A DNA stretch of 64,000 nt from Patescibacteria group bacterium. Its GTDB lineage: Bacteria; Patescibacteriota; Minisyncoccia; Phycocordibacterales; Phycocordibacteraceae. Location of the stretch: NCBI GenBank assembly GCA_004322365.1, contig SCTS01000005.1, positions 3,697-67,696 on the forward strand, in the 5' to 3' direction. Shown piece after piece: positions 18,730 to 28,370 of this stretch (position 1 is its first letter; each line of letters starts with the position of its first letter). A program made the translations under genes and the position numbers. A model generated the notes under the pieces. That model was not told where the DNA came from, ran no database searches, and saw nothing but the letters and a program-made list of their open reading frames with translations.

Positions 18730-18936
18730 TTCATGAACGCTGAACGCCTCATCCCTGATACCCTTTGGGAGTCATTTGAAAAAGCATTGGCGTCATTACG
18801 ACAGGCTGAAAATGAAGGAGCCGTGGGAAGCCTAGACTATGTAAGCGAGTTAGATAGATTAAGCCGACTCGGAGATCTTGCAAAATTTTTCGAAATTGAT
18901 TTTAGATAAAGAGATATTCTGAGGTAAAATACACAC

Positions 18937-19389
18937 ATGCTACAAACACAAATTAAATCTGACATGGTGACCGCGATGAAGGCACGAGAAGCCCTTAAGG
19001 TTGAAGTGCTTCGCGGACTTATGTCTTCATGCACTAACGAGCTCGTCTCTTTGAAACGCCTCCCGACAGAAGAGCTTTCTGATCAAGAAGTGCTCACTGT
19101 TATTCGCCGAGAAGTAAAGAAGCGTAAAGATGCATATGAGCAATTCACTAAAGGCAATCGACCTGAGTTGGCACAAAAAGAAGAAGCTGAGCGTATCATG
19201 CTCGAGGCCTACCTACCGGCAATGATGAGCCAAGACGACATTCGAAAGATTGCAGAAGCTAAAAAAGCAGAGATGGGTGTCACGGACAAAAAAGAAGCGG
19301 GTAAATTTATGGGAGCTTTAATGAAAGACCTACAAGGCAAGGCTGACGGCACGGATGTGAAAGTCGTCATTGATTCACTGTTCAATTGA
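18937..19389 (+). CDS. GatB/YqeY-domain protein
   Basis: 150 aa with the YqeY pattern (…LKVEVLRGL…, …EAYLP…MSQDDIRKI…). Confidence 0.85.
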   Translation: MLQTQIKSDMVTAMKAREALKVEVLRGLMSSCTNELVSLKRLPTEELSDQEVLTVIRREVKKRKDAYEQFTKGNRPELAQKEEAERIMLEAYLPAMMSQDDIRKIAEAKKAEMGVTDKKEAGKFMGALMKDLQGKADGTDVKVVIDSLFN

Positions 19390-19618
19390 TCCGCTAAATT
19401 GTATGTCACACGAAATTGGCGTACACAAAAAACATCGTATAACTTCAGCCGATAGATTTCGGGGACAAACTTTTCAAAGAGTTGCTTCGGGCACTAGAGA
19501 TATCATTACCGCAACCAAAAAATGGGCAGAGATTCAGCATGAAATGTTGTCACTCAAAGCTAAGAGAATTAAACACAGAAGAAACCGACGAAAAGACCCG
19601 GACATGTGGGCATAATAT

Positions 19619-19651
19619 AATAATGAACGACCTACGAGGTCGTTCATTATT
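19619..19651. terminator. bidirectional terminator hairpin (aataatgaacgacctacgaggtcgttcattatt)
   Basis: 13-bp perfect stem between convergent genes. Confidence 0.8.
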
Positions 19652-19668
19652 ATTTAAGAAGGGCTAAG

Positions 19669-20643
19669 TTAATTTTCCTTATGAGATGCGAGGTAGCATA
19701 CAAGCCCTGCACTTTCTTGATGCTCTGGTTTTTTTGGAAACAGAATAATTCCGTCTAATGGTGACTGCACAGGAATGCCCCCTTGATGCCCAATAATTTC
19801 ACCTTTTGCTATAGGGACAAATCCCTGATCCTTCCCTTCCGCAAATACAAATGGTCGGCTGGCGTCATACGGGATTGATGTCATCACTGTGTATTCAGAG
19901 CTCGGTGTTGGAAGTTCCGGCAACACGCCATCTACCATTCCTCGTTCAATGAGGATGGCACGAATGGCTTCAAATACAGGAACGACATTTCGCATATCGG
20001 TTGCCTGTCCTGATTCGTAGCAAATACCAACTTTCCCAAAATCATCTGCCACTTCATCAATAGAGCCACCTCCACTTGAAACTATTCTCTCAGGGTCAAG
20101 CACTACAGACTCCCGTGGAAGCCATTTGTAGACCGAACTATGCTCCTCGTCTCCTAGGGCGCACACGAACGCTGGCGACGGTCTATTGGTTGAATGGAGG
20201 TCAATAACGATGTCCGACGAACGGATAGCCTCGGTAATTTTTTGCGCACGACGACCTTCCCACCCTTTATCTTCCTTACCTGAGATAACTGATGGCAGAA
20301 AGATTCTGTTCAAATCAACTCCCCCTGAGGCTGTTCGTTGGTCAGCTTCTATAGCCCGCGTATTACCAAGGGTGAGCTGTACTTCTCCAGATTTGAGCAC
20401 CAATGCTCCAGTCCCCAAGCTTTCACGGAGAAGATCTGCAACAAGAACACCAAGAACTTCATTTCCGTGAGTACCGCCAATAATAAGAATAGAAGGTCCA
20501 GCTTTCTCACCAGAATATCTCAATGTTTTTTCACCAAAGGTACGGAGCGTTTCAAGAACACGCTCTCTGACTTCAGGCTCTCGAGTTTCTCCTGCAATAT
20601 TCATAGGTTTATTTTCGTGTCCATTTCTCATATGTTTTACCAT
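19669..20643 (-). CDS. succinylglutamate desuccinylase/aspartoacylase-family (M14-like) zinc hydrolase
   Basis: IIGGTHGNE motif (Zn-binding H-x-x-E) and a downstream His region (IDLHS). AstE/AspA superfamily. Confidence 0.7.
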   Translation of the reverse strand: MVKHMRNGHENKPMNIAGETREPEVRERVLETLRTFGEKTLRYSGEKAGPSILIIGGTHGNEVLGVLVADLLRESLGTGALVLKSGEVQLTLGNTRAIEADQRTASGGVDLNRIFLPSVISGKEDKGWEGRRAQKITEAIRSSDIVIDLHSTNRPSPAFVCALGDEEHSSVYKWLPRESVVLDPERIVSSGGGSIDEVADDFGKVGICYESGQATDMRNVVPVFEAIRAILIERGMVDGVLPELPTPSSEYTVMTSIPYDASRPFVFAEGKDQGFVPIAKGEIIGHQGGIPVQSPLDGIILFPKKPEHQESAGLVCYLASHKEN

Positions 20644-20850
20644 TTTTATGGTGTTATTTTTTGTGTAGATTTCAGTAAAAGAAAAACAGCCCCCTTCGAG
20701 GCTGTTTTGGAATCTTTATTTTTGAAATTTAAAAATCCGCGAACAGCCTCAAAGGAGGCTTCGCTTTGCTGAACTCAAAACTGTCATTGATGTATGCCCA
20801 TTCATGCCTTTATAGTATGTATCGTTTTAATAGATGTGTCAATAATACCG

Positions 20851-21381
20851 TTAGAATAACTGAACAAGCAGCGGGAGAACATACAAAAAGCTGAGATACG
20901 CGCTCACAATGCCAATAAGGCATCCTGCAAGCATGTCCGATGGATAGTGCACACCTGCCATAACTCGCGCAGTGGCAATACTTAGAGTGATGAGAAGAAA
21001 TATAACTCCAAGCAAGGGATAAAAGAAAAAAACAAAGGTTGAAAGTGCGAAGAAAAAGAGCGCATGCCCAGAAGGAAACGAGGGTGACTTCAGATTAATG
21101 AGCGGTTTCAATGCATGTGTTACCGGTGGTCGAGGTACAGGGTGGAAAAATCTGATTGAACTTCCAAATACAAGTCGCGCAATAAGCCCTGCCATGAGAG
21201 CTGAGGCAGAGATAATAATCCCCTCTCTCATCGGAGTTTGTACAAGGAAGAGATACAAAGGAAATGCTACAGCAAGTGGGTATGCGATGTAGGAACCAAA
21301 AAACATAATCAAAAAATCATCGCGTTTGCTCTTATGGGCAAAGTTGTTCAATTTAAAAAATAGTTTTGTATCAAGGTTCAT
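20851..21381 (-). CDS. PAP2-family phosphatase (undecaprenyl-diphosphatase-like)
   Basis: PAP2 motifs KxxxxxxRP-like, PSGH (SFPSGHA) and SRxxxxxHxxxD (ARVMAGVHYPSD). Multiple TM segments. Confidence 0.85.
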   Translation of the reverse strand: MNLDTKLFFKLNNFAHKSKRDDFLIMFFGSYIAYPLAVAFPLYLFLVQTPMREGIIISASALMAGLIARLVFGSSIRFFHPVPRPPVTHALKPLINLKSPSFPSGHALFFFALSTFVFFFYPLLGVIFLLITLSIATARVMAGVHYPSDMLAGCLIGIVSAYLSFLYVLPLLVQLF

Positions 21382-21593
21382 ACCTTAATTACTTTTTTAG
21401 GTTTCTTTCTGAAGATGTTCTGAAATACTCTCTTTAATGTTGGAAGATTATCTAGTACTTCAACTACTGAAGAGAATATCGGTGGGCCTTCACTCATAGA
21501 ATCAGTATAGCCGAAATGTAACCTCACCACACATTCAAATTAATCAGATACCTTGTAAAGACTTACCTTTCATTTTAAAGTGGTCTATAGAAT

Positions 21594-21935
21594 ATGGGGC
21601 GTAAAGAATATACATCCTCTTTGCGGAACAGTCTTGAAAGACTGCCTCCAAACGAACAATCTACTTATGAGTCAGTGCGTAGTATTGCTAACAGCGCAAT
21701 GCATGAATACGAAACTGGAAACGAAGAACCTTATAATCAGTTGATGGATTTTGCATCGCATCTCAAACAAAAGTATCAAGAGAATGATGCGTATGCTCTC
21801 TACACGCTTTATCATGCACTTTCAAACAGCACACCGCCTTCAAACTGTACTCGATTTGATTTTCCTCAACCTGACTCCATCACCGTGTTCGCAAGTAAAC
21901 TTTTCCCTAAACCAGAGAGTAAAAAAGTAGCTTAG
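21594..21935 (+). CDS. hypothetical protein
   Basis: First of three tightly packed + strand ORFs (gaps 7 nt and 1 nt). No recognisable motif. Confidence 0.4.
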   Translation: MGRKEYTSSLRNSLERLPPNEQSTYESVRSIANSAMHEYETGNEEPYNQLMDFASHLKQKYQENDAYALYTLYHALSNSTPPSNCTRFDFPQPDSITVFASKLFPKPESKKVA

Positions 21936-21942
21936 GACAACA

Positions 21943-22176
21943 ATGGAAAAACTACCAAATCCTCATGAGTTTCGAAAAGAATTTGGTAGTGGTTACTCAG
22001 CAACTTTTGTAGAAACAGACCATGGGGTTGATTGGTCACATATAGATTCACCGCAATGGTCTCGTGGAGACGAACCTCCAGAACAAGTAATTGGCAAACG
22101 ACGACTGGCTCAAGGACTACGAGAAGCAAAAGCCTACTTTCATACTAAAAGACCACGAGTGTCTGTAAAAGAATGA
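21943..22176 (+). CDS. hypothetical protein
   Basis: Second ORF of the same apparent operon. Confidence 0.4.
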   Translation: MEKLPNPHEFRKEFGSGYSATFVETDHGVDWSHIDSPQWSRGDEPPEQVIGKRRLAQGLREAKAYFHTKRPRVSVKE

Positions 22177-22177
22177 T

Positions 22178-22492
22178 ATGACTAATGAAAATCCAACATA
22201 CCCTCACGCTGCACGCTTTAATAGGTGGCTCGGACAAAAAAGAGTCTTGCGAGAAGGGTCTGGTTTTTCAAATAAAGTTTTGGAAGGTTGGGCGGATGAT
22301 TTTTTGAACTTAACGAATCTGAATATGTCTCCCGGCGAGCTCGTAACCGAACTACGTTCTATCTGGGGAAAGAAAGGTGCAGAAACAAAAAAGAGAAGAA
22401 AAACAATCGCGCAAACTCCTCGAATGATAGGACGCAATAAAGAAGCGAGGGCTAGGACTGATTTGGCTGAGAGACAAATGGATCTGTTTTAA
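22178..22492 (+). CDS. hypothetical protein (basic C-terminus)
   Basis: Third ORF of the operon, with a KKRRK basic patch. Confidence 0.4.
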   Translation: MTNENPTYPHAARFNRWLGQKRVLREGSGFSNKVLEGWADDFLNLTNLNMSPGELVTELRSIWGKKGAETKKRRKTIAQTPRMIGRNKEARARTDLAERQMDLF

Positions 22493-22521
22493 TTCCTCTC
22501 TCGCACATTAAGGTAGAACTG

Positions 22522-22836
22522 CTAGAAGTATCTGGATAGAAACAGACAGGCAAAGAGAATTGCCGTAATAACTGCAAATGCTCCTACTGTTTGTAGGGCG
22601 AGGTTTACTCCTCTGGCTTTCTCACCTTCCATATACATAAGTACTGGTTGATAGAAAAATACAAATGCCATCACAGCTACCGAGAGCGAGAACAGACACA
22701 ACATTGCAATAGGTACTAACACTGTTTCTTCTATTGGAACTGCTAATGAGGAGCCAAAAAACATAATAGATGCAACGGTGCATATATAGAGGACTGCCGA
22801 GAGAGCATTGAGAATTGGGTTTTTAGTCATGTTCAT
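22522..22836 (-). CDS. hypothetical membrane protein (3 TM)
   Basis: 104 aa, strongly hydrophobic. Confidence 0.5.
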   Translation of the reverse strand: MNMTKNPILNALSAVLYICTVASIMFFGSSLAVPIEETVLVPIAMLCLFSLSVAVMAFVFFYQPVLMYMEGEKARGVNLALQTVGAFAVITAILFACLFLSRYF

Positions 22837-22904
22837 CTAACCTAGGTTGCTTGAGTAAAGTTACCTCGAGCCATTACTTGCTCTCTTGAGCGTGAAGCGC
22901 GAAT

Positions 22905-23099
22905 GTGTATACTGCCCGCATGCCTCACGAATCAGACAAAGTTATTCTTGAAAGACTTCAGCGAGAACCTCAAGGAGGAAGACCTTTTGGAGGGATGACT
23001 GATGCGGAGCGCGCTCTGCGCAATCAACAAAGACTGAAAGAGGCGCTCGCTGACGATGGTGATCTTGATGGCGATAGTGATGCTGAGCTGGATTGGTAA
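22905..23099 (+). CDS. hypothetical small acidic protein
   Basis: 64 aa with an acidic C-terminus (DDGDLDGDSDAELDW). A second similar-flavoured 46-aa ORF follows at 23137..23277. Confidence 0.3.
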   Translation: MYTARMPHESDKVILERLQREPQGGRPFGGMTDAERALRNQQRLKEALADDGDLDGDSDAELDW

Positions 23100-23136
23100 G
23101 GCTCTTATTTTAGATTAACTCCCATATACTATCTGC

Positions 23137-23277
23137 ATGTCTAATGAATCATTTGAAGATGCTCTTGAAAGATTTTTGGCGGAGGAGGAGAAAAACCCAC
23201 CCGGAATACGAAGTGCGGAGAAAGTTAATGAACGGAACAGAGAGATATTCAGACGAGCCATGGAAGAAGATGATTAG
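23137..23277 (+). CDS. hypothetical small acidic protein (46 aa, below the ORF-track cutoff)
   Basis: My own translation gives MSNESFEDALERFLAEEEKNPPGIRSAEKVNERNREIFRRAMEEDD. Followed by the terminator at 23306-23334. Confidence 0.25.
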   Translation: MSNESFEDALERFLAEEEKNPPGIRSAEKVNERNREIFRRAMEEDD

Positions 23278-23305
23278 GATTGATAGGAAGTCTGGCGCCA
23301 ATTTA

Positions 23306-23334
23306 AAAACACACCTCTAGAGGTGTGTTTTTTA
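23306..23334. terminator. bidirectional terminator (aaaaacacacctctagaggtgtgtttttt)
   Basis: Perfect hairpin with flanking A-run and T-run. Confidence 0.8.
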
Positions 23335-23358
23335 ATTTATAAGTAATAAATGCTGAAG

Positions 23359-24279
23359 TTACCGTACCTTTGTCCAAGCATCTCCACCATTGATGCTCTT
23401 ATACAAGCTGTTCCCGCTCGTCAAAGCGTACACAGTGCCTTGCTGTGATTTGCTGAACGCAAGATATAGCACTGCTTCAGTCCCAAATGATTCTTGTACC
23501 TTTTGCCATGTAGCACCTCCATCAGTGCTTTTACCCATTCCACCAAGCGTTTGGGAGAATGCGAGCGCATAACTAGACTGGGGGTCTAGGGCAAATACGC
23601 TTACGGCACCTCCTTCAAGCTCTTTAGAGACACTCTGCCATGTATCACCCCCATCCCTACTTACCTGTACTCCATTTTGCGTTGAAGCGTAGAGAACATT
23701 TTCATTCTTCGGATCAGAAGAAAACGAGATAGCTTGAACAGAACCTTCTGTAAACTTCCACGAAAGCCCACCATCGGTAGTTCTTTGGATTTTCCCTCCA
23801 AACGAACCGTAGGCAATGTTTGGATTTACTTGGCTCACCGTCATTGCGTGGAAATCAACGGGACCACCAAGTCCATCAGAAAGTCTTGTCCAAGTCACTC
23901 CCCCATCGGTTGTTTTTTGGAAGCCTATGTTGCCTCCGCGAGCCGGGTGTCCACTACTAAAGAAAGTTTTTGCTTCCGTAGGATCCGCACTGAAGCCCAT
24001 GAGATCATCGTGTGTTTTACCGATTTGGAACAGGTCTTTATCGCTCTGAAGTAGATACAATCCTTCGTGCGTGGCGATGTAGACCTTCGTTGCGTCAATC
24101 GTATCTACAGCAATACCGTGCGAATGACTGAATGAAGATACGGGTGTCAATGCGCCTTCAGAATCACTTCCTTCCGAAGCACTACGAGAATTGAATAAGA
24201 ACAGACCAAGAAGGAGAAGTGCTATCACCCCTCCGCCTATAAGGTATTTTTTCTCCATAGGAATTACTGAGCGAACCAA
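23359..24279 (-). CDS. BNR/Asp-box repeat protein (Ycf48-like / sialidase-fold beta-propeller), secreted or membrane-anchored
   Basis: Repeated S-x-D-x-G-x-T-W Asp-box motifs (TTDGGVTW, TTDGGLSW, SRDGGDTW, STDGGATW, INGGDAW). N-terminal TM or signal peptide. Confidence 0.7.
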   Translation of the reverse strand: MVRSVIPMEKKYLIGGGVIALLLLGLFLFNSRSASEGSDSEGALTPVSSFSHSHGIAVDTIDATKVYIATHEGLYLLQSDKDLFQIGKTHDDLMGFSADPTEAKTFFSSGHPARGGNIGFQKTTDGGVTWTRLSDGLGGPVDFHAMTVSQVNPNIAYGSFGGKIQRTTDGGLSWKFTEGSVQAISFSSDPKNENVLYASTQNGVQVSRDGGDTWQSVSKELEGGAVSVFALDPQSSYALAFSQTLGGMGKSTDGGATWQKVQESFGTEAVLYLAFSKSQQGTVYALTSGNSLYKSINGGDAWTKVR

Positions 24280-24656
24280 TTGCTTCGCCAGTCTTTCATC
24301 ATCTGTATCTCCCCAGTTTGAGCTGTGATGATGTCATTGCCGAGCTTTATGAGCTCTGGTCGCTTTGTACCCTTAAGAAGTGTTTGCGCCATCTCTACCG
24401 CACCTTCGTGGTGAATAATCATGCCGTCCAAAAATGCCTTATCAAGAGCATCTCCTGTTTTTCCCTCAAGGCCCATAGTCATGCCGTTCATAGCACCGTG
24501 CATACCACTGTAACCATCCATATCTCTCGTTTGAGTGTAGCTACCTCCCATCATTCCAAAAGGGCAATACGAGCTCGTGCCAGCAAAGTAGCCAATCACA
24601 AGACCAAGAATGAGAGTAAGAAGTCCGATAATGAGTGTGTTGTTTTTTGTTTCCAT
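24264..24656 (-). CDS. DUF305-family protein (membrane-anchored)
   Basis: IIHHEGAVEMAQ matches the DUF305 signature (HHxGAxxMA). N-terminal TM. Confidence 0.65.
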   Translation of the reverse strand: METKNNTLIIGLLTLILGLVIGYFAGTSSYCPFGMMGGSYTQTRDMDGYSGMHGAMNGMTMGLEGKTGDALDKAFLDGMIIHHEGAVEMAQTLLKGTKRPELIKLGNDIITAQTGEIQMMKDWRSNWFAQ

Positions 24657-24697
24657 AGTTTTTTATGAGTGTAAATAATGCAAAAACAAAAAACTAC

Positions 24698-25093
24698 CTA
24701 CGGTGCACGCGGACTTATACTACTGCCAAGAAAAAACGAGACCAGAAAATATGCGTATGAATCCCTTGAGTACAGAGAAGTAGAATGTTGTTTTGAGGTG
24801 TCTGGTGGGTCAAAAAGATTCCGAAACAATGCGAATGTAAGAAGAATCGCAAAAAGGAGTGCCCCGAAGGTGACAAGTTCAGGAGCGACTGTTGCAAACA
24901 GTGTCTGCCACGAATTAAGGTGAGCGAAAATATTCATTTCGCACAAAACCGCCTCGCCCGGCATAAACGGACAATCCCCCATACTACCCATGCCGTGATG
25001 ACTCATTCCCACCATGGCAAGTGGAGCAAAAATTGCTACCAAAACAAAAGCTAGGATGAGCAGCGCGGGGAGGAGTTGGTTTCTTGAGGACAT
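24698..25093 (-). CDS. hypothetical membrane protein with a Met/His/Cys-rich segment
   Basis: SHHGMGSMGDCPFMPG between TM helices, which may be a metal-binding loop. Overlapping ORFs on both strands make the exact frame and ends uncertain. Confidence 0.35.
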   Translation of the reverse strand: MSSRNQLLPALLILAFVLVAIFAPLAMVGMSHHGMGSMGDCPFMPGEAVLCEMNIFAHLNSWQTLFATVAPELVTFGALLFAILLTFALFRNLFDPPDTSKQHSTSLYSRDSYAYFLVSFFLGSSISPRAP

Positions 25094-25144
25094 GGGTCTA
25101 TTTTAGCATTTAGGAAAGGGGTGGCATATTATTGTATTAGGATC

Positions 25145-25387
25145 CTAGAGATTTCTTATCTTCTCTATAAAATGCTCTTTTGAAATACTTAGGGTTCTTA
25201 GGTTATTCAATATTATGAAATCAGGGAGAGATTTATAACGAGGAACGATTATTGGTCTAGCCAGACCAATTTTCTTGTATTTATTATGACTACCTACCTT
25301 ACCTTTGAATACACAGCCCTCAACAATGAGAAACCTTTCGAACCTCCTCCAATCTATGTTTCCAACCTCCTTCATGGAGGATTTCAA
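25145..25387 (-). CDS. hicA: HicA-family toxin (YcfA-like mRNA interferase)
   Basis: 80 aa with ...GCVFKGKVGSHNKYKK...ARPIIVPRYKSLP... (the GSH-x-x-y motif of HicA). Overlaps the hicB stop by 4 nt. Confidence 0.75.
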   Translation of the reverse strand: MKSSMKEVGNIDWRRFERFLIVEGCVFKGKVGSHNKYKKIGLARPIIVPRYKSLPDFIILNNLRTLSISKEHFIEKIRNL

Positions 25388-25704
25388 GCTAACGCAGGAA
25401 CTTTAACTCCGATTGATTCTTGGGAAACTACAGGCGGTACCCACGAAGCTTGCTTAAGGTCTTTTTTCCAACCCAACCCACTCAACACTTCGTCAACCGT
25501 ATTACTCTCTACTAAGTCATCAAAAAATATTTGAACTGCCTCTTCAAACATTTTCTTAGCTTCTGTTTTATTTTGACCACACGTTGAAAGATCTAAAGAG
25601 GGCGTATAGGCAATTACCGTAGTACCTTCTTCAATAAAAGCCACTGGCAGACTTACTGCCAACTCAGTAACACGGATTCTAGGCTGTGAATTCAACCAAT
25701 TCAT
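25384..25704 (-). CDS. hicB: HicB-family antitoxin
   Basis: 106 aa. N-terminal HicB-like fold pattern (VAFIEEGTTVIAYTPSLDLSTCGQNKTEAKKMFEEAVQIFFDD) comparable to UPF0150/HicB (EDGGYxAxxPxLPGCxSxGxTxEEAxxNxxEAI). Confidence 0.7.
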   Translation of the reverse strand: MNWLNSQPRIRVTELAVSLPVAFIEEGTTVIAYTPSLDLSTCGQNKTEAKKMFEEAVQIFFDDLVESNTVDEVLSGLGWKKDLKQASWVPPVVSQESIGVKVPALA

Positions 25705-25776
25705 GAAAGATTATTGTAACATATAGCCCAATTCTCTACTCTCGTCCAACAAGTCAGGTCGGCTCTAACGGCTAAC

Positions 25777-25938
25777 CTACGAAGTGATAGCTAGTGCAAC
25801 ACCAAGGTAGTACGGCCAGATGATGAGAGCTAACACTCCTTTCCAAAAACTAAGTTGCAAGTAGCCGATGGTGAAGAGCCATGCTGCAATCCAAAATCCT
25901 CCTGACAGTGTGTGGTGTTCTATTTTTATTTTTTCCAT
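25777..25938 (-). CDS. hypothetical small membrane protein (53 aa, below the ORF-track cutoff)
   Basis: My own translation gives MEKIKIEHHTLSGGFWIAAWLFTIGYLQLSFWKGVLALIIWPYYLGVALAITS. It is preceded by the same roughly 55-bp upstream sequence as the gene at 28371..28634. Confidence 0.3.
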   Translation of the reverse strand: MEKIKIEHHTLSGGFWIAAWLFTIGYLQLSFWKGVLALIIWPYYLGVALAITS

Positions 25939-26003
25939 ATTTTTAAATAATTATTAATGATGTGCGTGTTCAGGGACAATGAATGTTGCCTACTTACGCT
26001 TAT

Positions 26004-27161
26004 CTATAAACCACACGTAGCTTCACTAGATTCTTGCATCATTTTAATCTCTTTCATTCGAACATCTGCTATTTTCGTTCCGTAGGTTGCATCAGCCATA
26101 CTTAACAATTCCTGCTTGCGTGACTCTAAGTCCACTATATCTGCATTCGCATAGTCTTGTATTTGCTTGAGTAAAGCACTATTTGTAGCATACCCTCGTT
26201 GAGCTTCTTGTGCTGAAGCAAGATCGTTTTGGAGTTTTATTTTAATTTGGGCTATTTGCGAATCATATTGGTTTACGACAGAAGACTTGGATGTCGCCAT
26301 TGAAGAGTTAAGGGTCGCAATCGCTGCATCAACTGCCTGCTGAATCTGTGCTTGAGTTGGATGAGTATTGAGACATGTCTGTCTTTTAGCCAAAGCATCT
26401 TCCTTTTGTTGCATCTGTAATTTTTGAACTTGAGAGTCTCTTTGTAACTGCTCAGCTTTTAATTCTTGGCGTTGTAGTTCAAGCTCTGACAAGGAAATAG
26501 CAGGAGGCAGTTGTTTTGGTGCAGGCTCGGCTACGCTTTTTTGTTTAAGTACCTCAACTTCATTCTTCAATTTCTCGACTTCATTCGCCCGTGTATCAGT
26601 TTCGCTTCCTTTGTATCCTTTTTTCAATTTCTCCACCTCATTCTTCAATTTCTCAATTTCACTTTTGAGTTCAACAATTTGTTTCATGGCTTCCTCTTGA
26701 CCTTTCTTACTTACTTCAATTGCTTTTGTGATTGCTTCTCGCGCTTCTTCGGGGACTTTAAGTAAGACGGCGGATAACACCTCTTGATTTCTTGAGGCAC
26801 TGTCCGCGATTGAAGTGAGCAGAATTTCCGCTTGTCCTTTGTCTTTGACCTCTTTTGATTTCTCCGTCGCGAGCGCGACATTGCTTTCATAGTTGGCGAG
26901 GGCCGTCTTGACCCCATCCGGATTTTTTTCTTCCGCAACAGCTTCCATTTCAGCCAAACGTTCGTCTGCATATTCCAGCGCTTTTTGGGCTTTCTGTTCA
27001 GGATTAAAAGTGAAGAAAAGACCTATATTTTCAAAAGTGGTATCAAAAAAGTAGAGAAAGTTTCCCGGCTTGATGCCTGCATTCATCCCTGCAGACGCTT
27101 GTACTGGAGCGACAAAGGCGAAAGCAATGAATAGGACTAATAGTAGGGTTAAATTTTTCAT
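26004..27161 (-). CDS. secreted coiled-coil protein with a DUF5667-like N-terminal domain
   Basis: Signal peptide, then a ...LYFFD...FENIGLFFTF... block (as seen in DUF5667-type secreted proteins), followed by a long E/K/Q-rich coiled coil. Confidence 0.55.
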   Translation of the reverse strand: MKNLTLLLVLFIAFAFVAPVQASAGMNAGIKPGNFLYFFDTTFENIGLFFTFNPEQKAQKALEYADERLAEMEAVAEEKNPDGVKTALANYESNVALATEKSKEVKDKGQAEILLTSIADSASRNQEVLSAVLLKVPEEAREAITKAIEVSKKGQEEAMKQIVELKSEIEKLKNEVEKLKKGYKGSETDTRANEVEKLKNEVEVLKQKSVAEPAPKQLPPAISLSELELQRQELKAEQLQRDSQVQKLQMQQKEDALAKRQTCLNTHPTQAQIQQAVDAAIATLNSSMATSKSSVVNQYDSQIAQIKIKLQNDLASAQEAQRGYATNSALLKQIQDYANADIVDLESRKQELLSMADATYGTKIADVRMKEIKMMQESSEATCGL

Positions 27162-27219
27162 ATCTTAAAATATATTAGTAATAATTGATTATGTGCGTGT
27201 TCGTCGTAACCCCTTGTAA

Positions 27220-27978
27220 CTAAATAGACATATCCGACAAAAATCCAAGTAACGCAAAAACAAAGAGTACCCCGCCAACTACAGCGAGCAATACTTCTCC
27301 GACAGAGAATTTCTTAGATGCTGTATAGGTGCTATCTAAGTTTTTATTATTGAAATTAATTGCTTTTTGAATTTGAATGAGAGGTGCGACGCTGAAAAAG
27401 CTAAGAATCCAAAGTAAAGTAAAAATAGCATCATCACCTCTTGCGGATATACTTCCAGCAAAAATAAGCACAATGAATGCCCAGGCGAGAGCCGACGCAG
27501 ACATTACTTCACTGAACCCTTGTTTTACCGAGGAATCAACAATGCGCTTAAAAAGTGCGTGAGTGAAGAACATAAGAAAGAAAGAACGCCAGAAAGGTCG
27601 AATATCACTTCCGTCAGCGAGTCTTATCGCTTGCCAGTTTCGGTAGTGCCAATATATTTGATAGAGACCAAAGGTTGCGGTTGTTAATGCAATCAATTTC
27701 CAAGTGGAAACCGAAAAGAACTTAATTGGAGGAGTATCCATCTGTATACTGTTTTTTATAGACTCGATCTTCTTTGTTTTTTCTAGCACCAAAGTCGACT
27801 TATTTGCGTTTCTCCAACCAAGGACATAGAAAGCTAAAAGCCCTGGAATAATTATAATTAAAGCGAGGGCAATGTTTGATGCCTCATACGAGTCCAAAAC
27901 AAATAATATATCTCCAAACCAAAGAATTATCCCAACGGCTAGCAAAACCATAAACTGGCCTTTAGAAATTTTATACAT
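27220..27978 (-). CDS. hypothetical polytopic membrane protein
   Basis: 252 aa, about 6 TM segments. No motif recognised. Confidence 0.5.
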   Translation of the reverse strand: MYKISKGQFMVLLAVGIILWFGDILFVLDSYEASNIALALIIIIPGLLAFYVLGWRNANKSTLVLEKTKKIESIKNSIQMDTPPIKFFSVSTWKLIALTTATFGLYQIYWHYRNWQAIRLADGSDIRPFWRSFFLMFFTHALFKRIVDSSVKQGFSEVMSASALAWAFIVLIFAGSISARGDDAIFTLLWILSFFSVAPLIQIQKAINFNNKNLDSTYTASKKFSVGEVLLAVVGGVLFVFALLGFLSDMSI

Positions 27979-28010
27979 AAATTTTCATATATTTATTAGA
28001 TAATTGAAGA

Positions 28011-28277
28011 CTATGGAAGAGTTTCACAAGCAATACCGTCCCCATCACGATCTAAAGCATGGGGGTCGCCAGAGCCTGCTGATTCAAAGAAATCTTGAGC
28101 TTCTGCGTGTGTAGAAAAATCAGCACAGTCCTTATCTGGCTCTCCAGTAGAAAGCTTCGTACGGGTATTTGAATAATTGCCGCCTTCTAAGCTTGTAGGT
28201 TGATTTAAATAATATGCTCCAGTACCAAGCATAGCTAATGTCGCAACTCCAGCAAAAGTTTTTTGTATATTATTCAT
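28011..28277 (-). CDS. secreted Excalibur-domain (extracellular Ca-binding) protein
   Basis: Signal peptide, then DCADFSTHAEAQDFFESAG...DPHALDRDGDGIACE, which matches the Excalibur DxDxDGxxCE motif. Confidence 0.75.
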   Translation of the reverse strand: MNNIQKTFAGVATLAMLGTGAYYLNQPTSLEGGNYSNTRTKLSTGEPDKDCADFSTHAEAQDFFESAGSGDPHALDRDGDGIACETLP

Positions 28278-28370
28278 TTACAGCCTACCTTCAGAGTACT
28301 CTTTAAAAACATCATTGCAAACTCGTAACAGTAAAAAGTAAATGGGGTCAATCTCTATTCCACTAGGTTT

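Noticed and set aside
26511-26971. ORFs on both strands inside the coiled-coil gene (26511..26765 +, 26711..26971 -)
   Set aside because: These are low-complexity artefacts of the repetitive E/K/L codons of the DUF5667-like coiled-coil gene.
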